From: a virus
Taxonomy: Duplodnaviria; Heunggongvirae; Uroviricota; Caudoviricetes
Length of the DNA stretch: 36,344 bases
Strand: one strand, 5' to 3'
Virus record (IMG/VR): IMGVR_UViG_2541047905_000018
Below, piece by piece: positions 19,814 through 26,495 of this stretch; positions within the stretch are counted from its first letter, which is position 1, and the number at the start of each line of letters is the position of its first letter. The notes beneath the pieces were generated by a model. It made no database searches and was not told where the DNA came from. It saw nothing but the letters and a program-made list of their open reading frames with translations. Made by a program: the position numbers and the translations under genes.

Positions 19814-21571
19814 TCACAGAATTAACAGGTCCTCATCAGGATCAAGCGTGGACAGAAAGTCATTCACGCCCCCGCCATTTACCAGAAAGCGGCTCATGGC
19901 TGTAAAAAGCGCAACAGGGCCGTCGATTTTGGCTTCCGGCGTGGATTTATTCGGGAAGATGTTGTCGTTTTTGTCCGGTTTTACAGTAACGTTAGACATC
20001 ATCCAGTTCATGACCGGATGATTGCTGTGATGGAAACGCCCGGCATAAACCAGTGATTCCGTTTCCTTCATGGCCTCTGACAGATTGCGGACCGTCTGCG
20101 GAACCTCCACCAGCGGTATCCCTTCTTCAGCCAGTGCCAGGCTGAACTGCATTGCGCTCCACGGGTCAAATCCCAGTTCCCTGAGGTTTTCACCGCCAAT
20201 CCATTCCAGTAAGTCACTTTTTATCTGAGCATGATCGATAACATCACCATCCGTCAGGATGAGCTTATCCATCTCCGCCCACTTCCGGTAAAGTTCTGCC
20301 TGCTGCCGCGAGCATCGCTCCAGCCGTCCTTCCGGAAGCCAGAATTTAAAATCAGCATGAACATGTCCGTTATCGGTTCGCCAGAGTTTTGCCGCCGCAC
20401 AGATATCAATCTTATGAGCAAGGTCTACGCCGACCCACATGGGATATGTTTTCAGCTCATGTTGTGGAGCAATGTATTCGCACTTCTCCCACTTAATCAT
20501 ATCCATCCAGGCAGATTCGGCAGTGACCCACACATTCATGTGTTTGGTAAAAAAATTCACCCGCGCAGAGACCTGCTCCTTCGCTTTTTTCGCCAGACGA
20601 CGCAGATCATCCCAGCGTTTACAGATGCCCAGGCCAGGATTCGCTTTCTGCCAGACCGTTTCATCAAACGGATCATCTCCCTCATCAAGCGTGTAAATGA
20701 TCGCAAAGTAAGAGTCGTCTTTTACAGCGCCCTCCACGTCGCTGTTATAGCCTCGCAATACCTTGATGGCGTAATCACGCTGCTCGTAACAAATCCCTTC
20801 CTTGTTAAAGCCAGCCGTGGTGATACCAAATAACAGGGACTGCAGACGGGCACCGGTTGCCGTTTCCAGAACGTCCCACACGTCGCGGGTTTTATGTGCA
20901 TGCAGCTCATCAATAATGGCGCAGTGGATGTTCAGACCGTCCAGGTTGTTTGCATCCGAGGAAAGCGGTTCAAATTTTGATGCGCTCTGCTCCTGGTAAA
21001 TCGCCAGCTTGTTGAAATCAAACAACCGCCCGAGTGTCGACCGGGCTTTTCTGACCATATTTTTGGCGTCTTCAAACACGATTCTGGCCTGGTCACGCGT
21101 GGTTGCGGCTGAATACACCTCAGCTCCGCCTTCACTATCTGCCCCCGTCATATACAGGCCGATACCCGATGACAGTGTTGATTTTGCGTTTTTACGGGCG
21201 ACTTCGTTGTACGCCGTCCGGAACCGGCGCACCATCACCGGACGTCCGCTGCCATCGCTGCGCATGACAACTTCCCCGGTTTCTTCATTGACCAGCGGAA
21301 TGACAAAACCAAAAATATTAATGAGGATAAATACATGCCAGTCCATCAACTCAATGGGCTGGCCTGCCAGTGCCCCTTTTACATGAGGCACAAATTTGTA
21401 GAAATTCAGGATGTGCTGCGCACGGGGTTCACTGAAATAAATCCCCCGCTTTTCGCCGTACTTCAGATCATCAAGAAAACGCTGGCAGGCCAGGCGGACA
21501 AATTCGCCAGCAACAATTTCTCCTGCAACAACACGTTCGGCGTAGCGGATCCCGTCAGCCACTTTTGCCAT
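19814..21571 (-). CDS. terminase large subunit
   Basis: 585 aa with a Terminase_1-type sequence. It has a 1-nt overlap with terS. Confidence 0.95.
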   Translation of the reverse strand: MAKVADGIRYAERVVAGEIVAGEFVRLACQRFLDDLKYGEKRGIYFSEPRAQHILNFYKFVPHVKGALAGQPIELMDWHVFILINIFGFVIPLVNEETGEVVMRSDGSGRPVMVRRFRTAYNEVARKNAKSTLSSGIGLYMTGADSEGGAEVYSAATTRDQARIVFEDAKNMVRKARSTLGRLFDFNKLAIYQEQSASKFEPLSSDANNLDGLNIHCAIIDELHAHKTRDVWDVLETATGARLQSLLFGITTAGFNKEGICYEQRDYAIKVLRGYNSDVEGAVKDDSYFAIIYTLDEGDDPFDETVWQKANPGLGICKRWDDLRRLAKKAKEQVSARVNFFTKHMNVWVTAESAWMDMIKWEKCEYIAPQHELKTYPMWVGVDLAHKIDICAAAKLWRTDNGHVHADFKFWLPEGRLERCSRQQAELYRKWAEMDKLILTDGDVIDHAQIKSDLLEWIGGENLRELGFDPWSAMQFSLALAEEGIPLVEVPQTVRNLSEAMKETESLVYAGRFHHSNHPVMNWMMSNVTVKPDKNDNIFPNKSTPEAKIDGPVALFTAMSRFLVNGGGVNDFLSTLDPDEDLLIL

Positions 21572-22053
21572 CAGTCTCTCGCTTTTAAAAGCTCTGCCAG
21601 CGGATCAACATTATCCGGTCCGGCGGTATTTACTTTTGCCCGGCTTGCCGGTGACATACCAAATTCTGCAAGCATCGCCCGGATCCGCTTCCAGGCATCC
21701 GCTTTCATCGCAGCAGCTGGGTGTGCCTTAATCAGCACATCACCGTTCTGCGTTTCCGAGCGGTAGGTGTACCCCTCAACATCGAGTGTTTCGCAGTGAT
21801 GCCGGTATTCGGTATAGGCTTCCACCAGTAGCTCAAGCGCACGCGCATCAAGCTGAGAAATGATCCCTTCCGCATTCAGCTCTTCCGCCATTCGCCTGAA
21901 CCAGTACTTCCCCTGCGCCCCTAAATGTTGCGGAATTTTAGGGAGACCTTTTTCATCCTTTTTAGCGGTTTTTTTGAGGTCTTTAACTGGCCGCTTTGAG
22001 GGGTTGCCTCGTATCAAATGCAGGCGTGGCGGGGTTTTCGGGGGTCCAGACAT
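21571..22053 (-). CDS. terminase small subunit, P27 family
   Basis: 160 aa. MSGPPKTPPRLHLIRGNPSKRP... is the typical P27-family TerS N-terminus. Confidence 0.85.
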   Translation of the reverse strand: MSGPPKTPPRLHLIRGNPSKRPVKDLKKTAKKDEKGLPKIPQHLGAQGKYWFRRMAEELNAEGIISQLDARALELLVEAYTEYRHHCETLDVEGYTYRSETQNGDVLIKAHPAAAMKADAWKRIRAMLAEFGMSPASRAKVNTAGPDNVDPLAELLKARD

Positions 22054-22282
22054 AATCGGTTTTACCTATCAATCATTTAATCACATTCCAAAAAAAAGTT
22101 TTCGAACCTGCGGCGATGCGAGGAAAGGTCAGGCGGCGGTACTGAGCAGCCTGGGTTGCAGAGATTTGATCCCCCCCCTCCCCCTTGAAGATGGCGGCAA
22201 AAAGCAGATACTGGCCACCCATCAGGATGCTCAGCATGGTGTATTCAGTTAATCTCAATAAATAAAAGATGGAGTCTAAGAA

Positions 22283-22798
22283 ATGGATAAAACCAGAAAA
22301 TATGACAGAGCCTTACAACTTGAAATCCTCAATGCCCTTATAGATTGCGCGCCTAACTCTTTAAACAAGGCACAGGAGCGAGACCTCATTGAGAAGTTTG
22401 ACAGTTACGATCACTTTGTGGCGTGCATGTTATACCTTGAAATGCATGGTCTCGTTTCCACCCCCTTCATACGCAGTGACACCATGGCTGGCGTTGAGTT
22501 TATCTTCTGTGCCCCTAACTGCTACATTACAGAAAAAGGAATTGATTTTCTTCTCGATGATGGCGGCTTAAGTGCGATCCTTAAAGTTCAGACCTTTCGG
22601 TTACACAGTGACACGATTGTTGCCCTTGAGGATATAATCCGTGTCGCAAATATATCTGAAGATCAGAAGAAGGGATTGATTTCAAAACTCCGAGAGCTTC
22701 CGGGAGACGCCATAAAACATTTGACCCTACAGTTACTGACTCAGGGGGTTCTGAATCTGCCGAACGCACTTCGACTAATTCAAACAACCCTCCAGTAG
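22283..22798 (+). CDS. unknown 171-aa protein, winged-helix-like N-terminal half (copy A1 of a duplicated module)
   Basis: Paralogue of the ORF at 33611-34114 (shared blocks YLE.HGL, IT..GIDF..DDGGL.AIL, LR.LP.DAIK.LT..LL.QG...LP....IQ..L). It lies opposite to the late operon. GGAG sits 8 nt upstream of the ATG. Confidence 0.7.
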   Translation: MDKTRKYDRALQLEILNALIDCAPNSLNKAQERDLIEKFDSYDHFVACMLYLEMHGLVSTPFIRSDTMAGVEFIFCAPNCYITEKGIDFLLDDGGLSAILKVQTFRLHSDTIVALEDIIRVANISEDQKKGLISKLRELPGDAIKHLTLQLLTQGVLNLPNALRLIQTTLQ

Positions 22799-22937
22799 GG
22801 CTAAACTCATCTGAGGGGCGAATTAACTCAAATTTGCCCCATCCCAGTTTTTCACTTAAAACAACCCAAAATCCCTCCCGGGTATCTGCATGAATATAGA
22901 AACTATTTTTATGCATTACAGCAGTGAATATTATCAT
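22581..22937 (-). CDS. unknown small protein (copy B1 of a duplicated module), translationally coupled to HNH
   Basis: Its ATG at 22937 overlaps the HNH stop (ATGA). The first ~77 aa are paralogous to the ORF at 33478-33771 (FW..LS...GWG.F.LIRP..EF...GGLFEL.E.R.AD...P..V..S.VLWR). Its 3' 218 nt overlap A1 on the opposite strand, and the true stop is uncertain. Confidence 0.55.
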   Translation of the reverse strand: MIIFTAVMHKNSFYIHADTREGFWVVLSEKLGWGKFELIRPSDEFSPTGGLFELVEVRSADSEPPESVTVGSNVLWRLPEALGVLKSIPSSDLQIYLRHGLYPQGQQSCHCVTERSEL

Positions 22938-23284
22938 CGAATACGTTCCCTTGCTGTCTTCTCTCTGTGGCATTCCCTGCATAACGACTCAAGATTGGAG
23001 TCATCATCGGTGCCGCCATGAGCTTTTGGAATCATGTGGTCTACAGTCCTGGCCTCAACGGCTCGTCCATTGCGCAGACAGTTCTTACACAGATGGTTAT
23101 CACGCTTCAGTATACGCGCACGTATAACATCCCATTTCGAGCCATAGCCACGCTGGTGGCGACTCAGTCCGCGTTGATGCTGTACCCATCCTTCACCACG
23201 ATGTTTATCGCAGTAACCAGAACTGTCTGTGGTTGTACCTGCGCATCCACGCTTACGGCAGGCACGTGGGATTCGTGATGGCAT
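22934..23284 (-). CDS. HNH endonuclease (terminase-associated)
   Basis: 116 aa with ...VDHMIPKAHGGTDDDSNLESLCRECHREKT... and Cys-rich flanks. HNH enzymes are the usual partner of HK97/P27-type terminases. Confidence 0.9.
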   Translation of the reverse strand: MPSRIPRACRKRGCAGTTTDSSGYCDKHRGEGWVQHQRGLSRHQRGYGSKWDVIRARILKRDNHLCKNCLRNGRAVEARTVDHMIPKAHGGTDDDSNLESLCRECHREKTARERIR

Positions 23285-23326
23285 AAATACCTCATACCCT
23301 GCGAAATGTTTACCACGATAAAAAGG

Positions 23327-23791
23327 CTACTTAATGCACTGAGTGCGGATATACTCCTGTGCCCCTTCCAGTTGCATCTGCATCGTCATCAGCCGCTCTC
23401 TGAGGGTGAAATAATCCCGTTCAGCGGTGTCTGCCAGTCGGGGGCTGGTTGCATTATCCACGCCGGAGGCGGTGGTGGCTTCACGCACTGACTGACAGAC
23501 TGCTTTGATGTGCAACCGACGACGACCAGCGGCAACGTCAGCGCGAAGAGTTTCATTTTCAGCCTTCGCATCAGCTAACTCCTTCAGGTATTTTGCATCG
23601 AGTGCAGCAACATCACGCTGGCGTATCTGCATGTCAGTAATGATTGCGGTCGCCTGGTTGAGTTTTTCCATCACATTATCGCGTTGCGCTTTGTAGGTAA
23701 TGGCATTATCACGGTAATGATTGACCGCCCACGACAGGCAGACGATGATGCAGATAACCAGAGCATAAATAATCGCGGCGACTCTGCTCAC
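23327..23791 (-). CDS. Rz: i-spanin Rz
   Basis: Near-colinear with lambda Rz ([37 protein letters not shown]...). The GTG start overlaps the endolysin stop (GTGA). Confidence 0.9.
   Translation of the reverse strand: MSRVAAIIYALVICIIVCLSWAVNHYRDNAITYKAQRDNVMEKLNQATAIITDMQIRQRDVAALDAKYLKELADAKAENETLRADVAAGRRRLHIKAVCQSVREATTASGVDNATSPRLADTAERDYFTLRERLMTMQMQLEGAQEYIRTQCIK
23389..23571 (-). CDS. Rz1: o-spanin Rz1 lipoprotein, embedded in Rz in the +1 frame
   Basis: 60 aa with lipobox LVVVGC. ...[38 protein letters not shown] matches lambda Rz1. Confidence 0.9.
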   Translation of the reverse strand: MRRLKMKLFALTLPLVVVGCTSKQSVSQCVKPPPPPAWIMQPAPDWQTPLNGIISPSESG

Positions 23792-24321
23792 TGATCTATC
23801 CCCCAACAGGCTAATGCGCTTTCCTGGTCACGACGAATAACCTGTCCATAGCAGTTATTTGAACGAATACGGCAGTCTCTGCCACCGTCCTTAATCCACC
23901 AGCGAATCGCCTCGCATGCGCCCTTACGATCACCGGCATTCAGCCGCTTATAAAACGTCGACGGAAAACACTTACCGGGGCCAATGTTATAGGGACAGAA
24001 TGACGCGATACCCGCTTTTTGTGGTTCGGTCATTGGTACTTTAATATTGCGCTCTACCCATGCCAGCGCCTTATCACGTTCAATAGCGTTAACCTGGTCG
24101 CATTTTTCCTTCGACAGTTTCATACCGGGAAAAACGGGTTTTCCATCCACCATCGTGGCACCCCGACAGATGGTCCAGATGCCGGAACCATCGCGGTATG
24201 CCGTTGTGTGGTTACCTTCTTTTTCATCCAGAAACTGGTCGAGAATGTCAGGCGCAGGCGCACCTGCGGCAATCAGCGCCAGAACGGCAGCCGACAGGCC
24301 GTATCTGATTTTTGCGTTCAT
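23788..24321 (-). CDS. R: SAR endolysin (GH24 T4-type lysozyme)
   Basis: 177 aa with an N-terminal weakly hydrophobic SAR-like segment ([15 protein letters not shown]) and catalytic-region style [20 protein letters not shown]. Same size and class as the 933W-type R as I remember it. Confidence 0.9.
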   Translation of the reverse strand: MNAKIRYGLSAAVLALIAAGAPAPDILDQFLDEKEGNHTTAYRDGSGIWTICRGATMVDGKPVFPGMKLSKEKCDQVNAIERDKALAWVERNIKVPMTEPQKAGIASFCPYNIGPGKCFPSTFYKRLNAGDRKGACEAIRWWIKDGGRDCRIRSNNCYGQVIRRDQESALACWGIDQ

Positions 24322-24371
24322 GGATATTTATCAGGATTTATCGGTTCCGAATACCTGGATATGTTAAGTCT

Positions 24372-24716
24372 TCAGCCCAGCGGTGGAGTCTTCAGAGAAC
24401 CAGTAATTCTTCCCGGTAGCTTTCCTTTGTAGGTTATCCACACATTCTGCGCCTCTAAAATTACGGGGCGCTTTTCCGGCGACTGCTCACCCCCTTCACA
24501 TAACCCGGCAGCAACATCCAGGAAGACCTGTCTGATGCTCCTTCTGGCTGCTGCCTCATAAAACTCCAGCGCGGCACCTTCAACACGGTCCAGCGAGATG
24601 TCCAGGTCAAAAATTTCACCGTCAAAGCGTTTTTTGTCCCGTAACGCTAAAGTTACCGTAACTTTATTCTCAAAATTGCGGATCCCTTTCACAATCAGTT
24701 CATAGTTTTGAGTCAT
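24372..24716 (-). CDS. hypothetical protein in the lysis cassette (DUF1327-like)
   Basis: 114-aa ORF between holin and endolysin. I recall this small conserved protein from Stx-phage lysis regions. Function unknown. Confidence 0.6.
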   Translation of the reverse strand: MTQNYELIVKGIRNFENKVTVTLALRDKKRFDGEIFDLDISLDRVEGAALEFYEAAARRSIRQVFLDVAAGLCEGGEQSPEKRPVILEAQNVWITYKGKLPGRITGSLKTPPLG

Positions 24717-24720
24717 TGAA

Positions 24721-24936
24721 TTACTCTCCCCGTGCAGCCTTACGCTTGTCTTCTCTGATTTTGAAGTACAGATTTGTCAGATAAGTCAGGAAGCCCAGAA
24801 CCAGACTCCCCAGTACACCAATCGCAGCCCACTGTGACGGACTGACCTGATCAAGCCACTGTAAAAACCAGTAGCCAGCACTGCCTGCGGAGGTGCCGTA
24901 GGCAATGCCCGTTGAAATTTTGTCCATGGATTTCAT
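24721..24936 (-). CDS. S: phage-21-type pinholin with a dual-start motif (MKSM)
   Basis: 71 aa. [71 protein letters not shown] is essentially S21. A strong SD (GGAGGTGAGG) is present. Met1 and Met4 give the antiholin and holin forms. Confidence 0.9.
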   Translation of the reverse strand: MKSMDKISTGIAYGTSAGSAGYWFLQWLDQVSPSQWAAIGVLGSLVLGFLTYLTNLYFKIREDKRKAARGE

Positions 24937-25073
24937 AGCCTCACCTCCGCAGCGAACGGATGGCGTAGTTATAAGGGGAGCGAAAAAGAAAGAATGCGCG
25001 ATTGCGCAATATGGTAACGTCAGGGTATTATCCACTGGCTGAATAGATCACTTCACGTTTTTTGTTCCTTGCC

Positions 25074-25101
25074 GCCCGTATCCATATGCGGGCTTTTTTT
25101 T
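25074..25101 (+). terminator. plus-strand hairpin with T8, facing the lysis genes from the antisense side
   Basis: GCCCG-tatccatatg-CGGGC followed by T8 on the plus strand. No plus-strand gene lies upstream, so its role is unclear. Confidence 0.4.
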
Positions 25102-25107
25102 GCATGT

Positions 25108-25137
25108 AAAAAGGCCCCAACACATGTGCGTGGGGCC
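25108..25137 (-). terminator. rho-independent terminator closing the 230-nt ORF-less unit downstream of the tRNAs
   Basis: The minus strand reads GGCCCCA-cgcacatgtgt-TGGGGCC followed by T5. Confidence 0.6.
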
Positions 25138-25167
25138 TGAGAGTATACATGGTTTCAGTCAACTGCA

Positions 25168-25189
25168 TGGTGCCGGGTGCCTCCCGGTG
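25168..25189 (-). repeat. 22-nt element CACCGGGAGGCACCCGGCACCA (copy 1, sense in the late transcript)
   Basis: Exact 22/22 match to 34354-34375 on the plus strand. It contains a CCGGG-aggca-CCCGG hairpin and tandem GGCACC. Confidence 0.8.
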
Positions 25190-25337
25190 AATTCAGTACC
25201 AGCACCTGAATCCGCGATTATCCCATATACCTACTCGCTGATTGCCCATCCGCACAGGGGGATTCACCATGCCAGTTTCTTTTAACAAACTCCCCGCAAA
25301 ACAGACAACTGTCAACCGTCTGAATTGTGAGACATTT

Positions 25338-25363
25338 AAAAAAAAGGCCCGCAAAAGCGAGCC
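25338..25363 (-). terminator. rho-independent terminator immediately after the tRNA cluster
   Basis: The minus strand reads GGCTCGC-tttt-GCGGGCC (one G-U pair) followed by T8. Confidence 0.6.
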
Positions 25364-25377
25364 GGGAAAAATAAGTC

Positions 25378-25454
25378 TGGCGCGTTGTACTGGATTCGAA
25401 CCAGTGACCGATTGCTTAGAAGGCAATTGCTCTGTCCGGTTGAGCTAACAACGC
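25378..25454 (-). tRNA. tRNA-Arg (anticodon UCU)
   Basis: I folded the cloverleaf by hand: acceptor GCGTTGT/ACAACGC, D arm GCTC..GAGC, anticodon arm ATTGC-CTTCTAA-GCAAT, T arm ACTGG-TTCGAAT-CCAGT, CCA encoded. Confidence 0.9.
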
Positions 25455-25467
25455 AGGGTACAGATAA

Positions 25468-25544
25468 TGGACCGCCATCGAGGACTCGAACCCCGCGCAA
25501 CCAGCTTCGAAGGCTGGTGCTCTATCCTGATGAGCTAATGGCGG
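25468..25544 (-). tRNA. tRNA-Arg (anticodon UCG)
   Basis: Cloverleaf: acceptor CCGCCAT/ATGGCGG, anticodon arm CCAGC-CTTCGAA-GCTGG, T arm CGGGG-TTCGAGT-CCTCG, CCA encoded. Confidence 0.85.
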
Positions 25545-25551
25545 TATGTGA

Positions 25552-25627
25552 TGGTGGCCCTTGCTGGATTTGAACCAGCGACCTGGCGATTATGAGTCGC
25601 TCGCTCTCACCACTGAGCTAAAGGGCC
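25552..25627 (-). tRNA. tRNA with CAU anticodon (Met, or Ile2 if lysidine-modified; the ileZ-like position of Stx phages)
   Basis: Cloverleaf: acceptor GGCCCTT/AAGGGCC, anticodon arm GCGA-CTCATAA-TCGC, T arm GCTGG-TTCAAAT-CCAGC, CCA encoded. Confidence 0.85.
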
Positions 25628-25667
25628 GGGAGCCGCATAATAACGACGCGTAATTAATTCTTCAATA

Positions 25668-25946
25668 TCATCCGTTCTGGCTGACTAAATCCTGTACTTC
25701 CCGAACCGTCTGCTCAAAACGTTCAGTCTCCAGCTCAACGCCAATTGCACGACGCCCGAGCGCCAGTGCCGCTTTCACTGTCGAACCCGACCCCATGAAA
25801 AAATCTGCAATCAGGTCACCCGGACGACTGCTAGCGCTGATTATCTGCTGCAGCATTTCTGCCGGTTTTTCGCACGGATGTTTCCCGGGATAGAACTGCA
25901 CCGGTTTATGCGTCCAGACATCGGTATACGGCACCTGCGCCGTCAC
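25668..25946 (-). pseudogene. C-terminal remnant of a beta-class N6/N4 DNA methyltransferase
   Basis: It has the AdoMet motif DFFMGSGSTVKAALALGRRAIGVE but no upstream DPPY-type catalytic motif. The frame opens with GTG only 60 nt from the tR'-like terminator. A short out-of-frame piece upstream (..LVVVNADCGGILA*) could be the original N-terminus. Confidence 0.6.
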
Positions 25947-26004
25947 GCCAAAATACCGCCGCAGTCGGCATTCACAACCACCAGCGCATTTAACGTTCAG
26001 CCAT

Positions 26005-26029
26005 AAAAAAACCCGCTCGCGGCGGGTTT
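26005..26029 (-). terminator. tR'-like rho-independent terminator about 70 nt downstream of Q
   Basis: The minus strand reads AAACCCGC-cgcga-GCGGGTTT followed by more T (7 T in all). The late promoter (pR') and qut site should lie in 26030-26097, but I could not assign convincing -35/-10 hexamers. Confidence 0.65.
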
Positions 26030-26097
26030 AAGCTGTGTGGCGAAGTAACCACTCTTAACATACTGACATACTTTTTGCGGACCGCACTAATCATTTT

Positions 26098-26478
26098 TTA
26101 CTTTTTTAGCAGCCAGTCGTCCATCTCCAGTCTTACCCCCAGCACAGACAAACATCCGTCAATAAACCCTTCGGCTATCTGCATCTCAATTCGTATTGCT
26201 TTTTCGCTTTTCTTTCTCGTCCTGGCTATCTGTCTTTTTGATATTCGCAACAAATAATGAGCAATGAGAAGCGAATACTCCTCAGGTTTTTTCTGCTTCA
26301 GACGAGCAAGACAGTTTTCAATGATAAGTCCGTCATCATCGCAGCAGGCCGGACGTGGTTTAGTGGCAGATGGTAAAAGTCCTTTGAATCCGGCAGCGAT
26401 CGGAGAATAGTCCACCCCGGTGTTACCACTTGCAGCCCATGCCCCCCAGCGTTCAAGAACCATCTGAATATCACGCAT
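26098..26478 (-). CDS. Q: late-gene antiterminator Q
   Basis: MRDIQMVLERWGAWAA... is the typical phage antitermination Q family opening. I chose the ATG at 26478, which has GGAG upstream. Position is immediately before the terminator, tRNAs and lysis genes. Confidence 0.85.
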   Translation of the reverse strand: MRDIQMVLERWGAWAASGNTGVDYSPIAAGFKGLLPSATKPRPACCDDDGLIIENCLARLKQKKPEEYSLLIAHYLLRISKRQIARTRKKSEKAIRIEMQIAEGFIDGCLSVLGVRLEMDDWLLKK

Positions 26479-26495
26479 CAACTTTCTCCACAAAA

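Noticed and set aside
18602-20833. 218-aa and 200-aa plus-strand ORFs antisense to portal and terL
   Set aside because: For the same reason: these are shadow ORFs of strongly supported minus-strand genes.
22073-22258. 61-aa minus-strand ORF upstream of terS
   Set aside because: It has no RBS and no recognisable family, and it lies in the presumed cos spacer.
25036-25378. Search for stxA/stxB or remnants between the tRNAs and the holin
   Set aside because: No frame gives Stx-like sequence, and the region is too short (about 340 bp).
25193-25573. ORFs of 61-77 aa overlapping the tRNA genes and the ORF-less unit
   Set aside because: They run through the tRNA cloverleaves and terminator hairpins and have no RBS.
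26030-26097. Attempt to assign pR' -35/-10 hexamers and a qut site downstream of Q
   Set aside because: No hexamer pair reaches a convincing match at 16-18-nt spacing. The promoter is expected here from the gene order, but I cannot place it.
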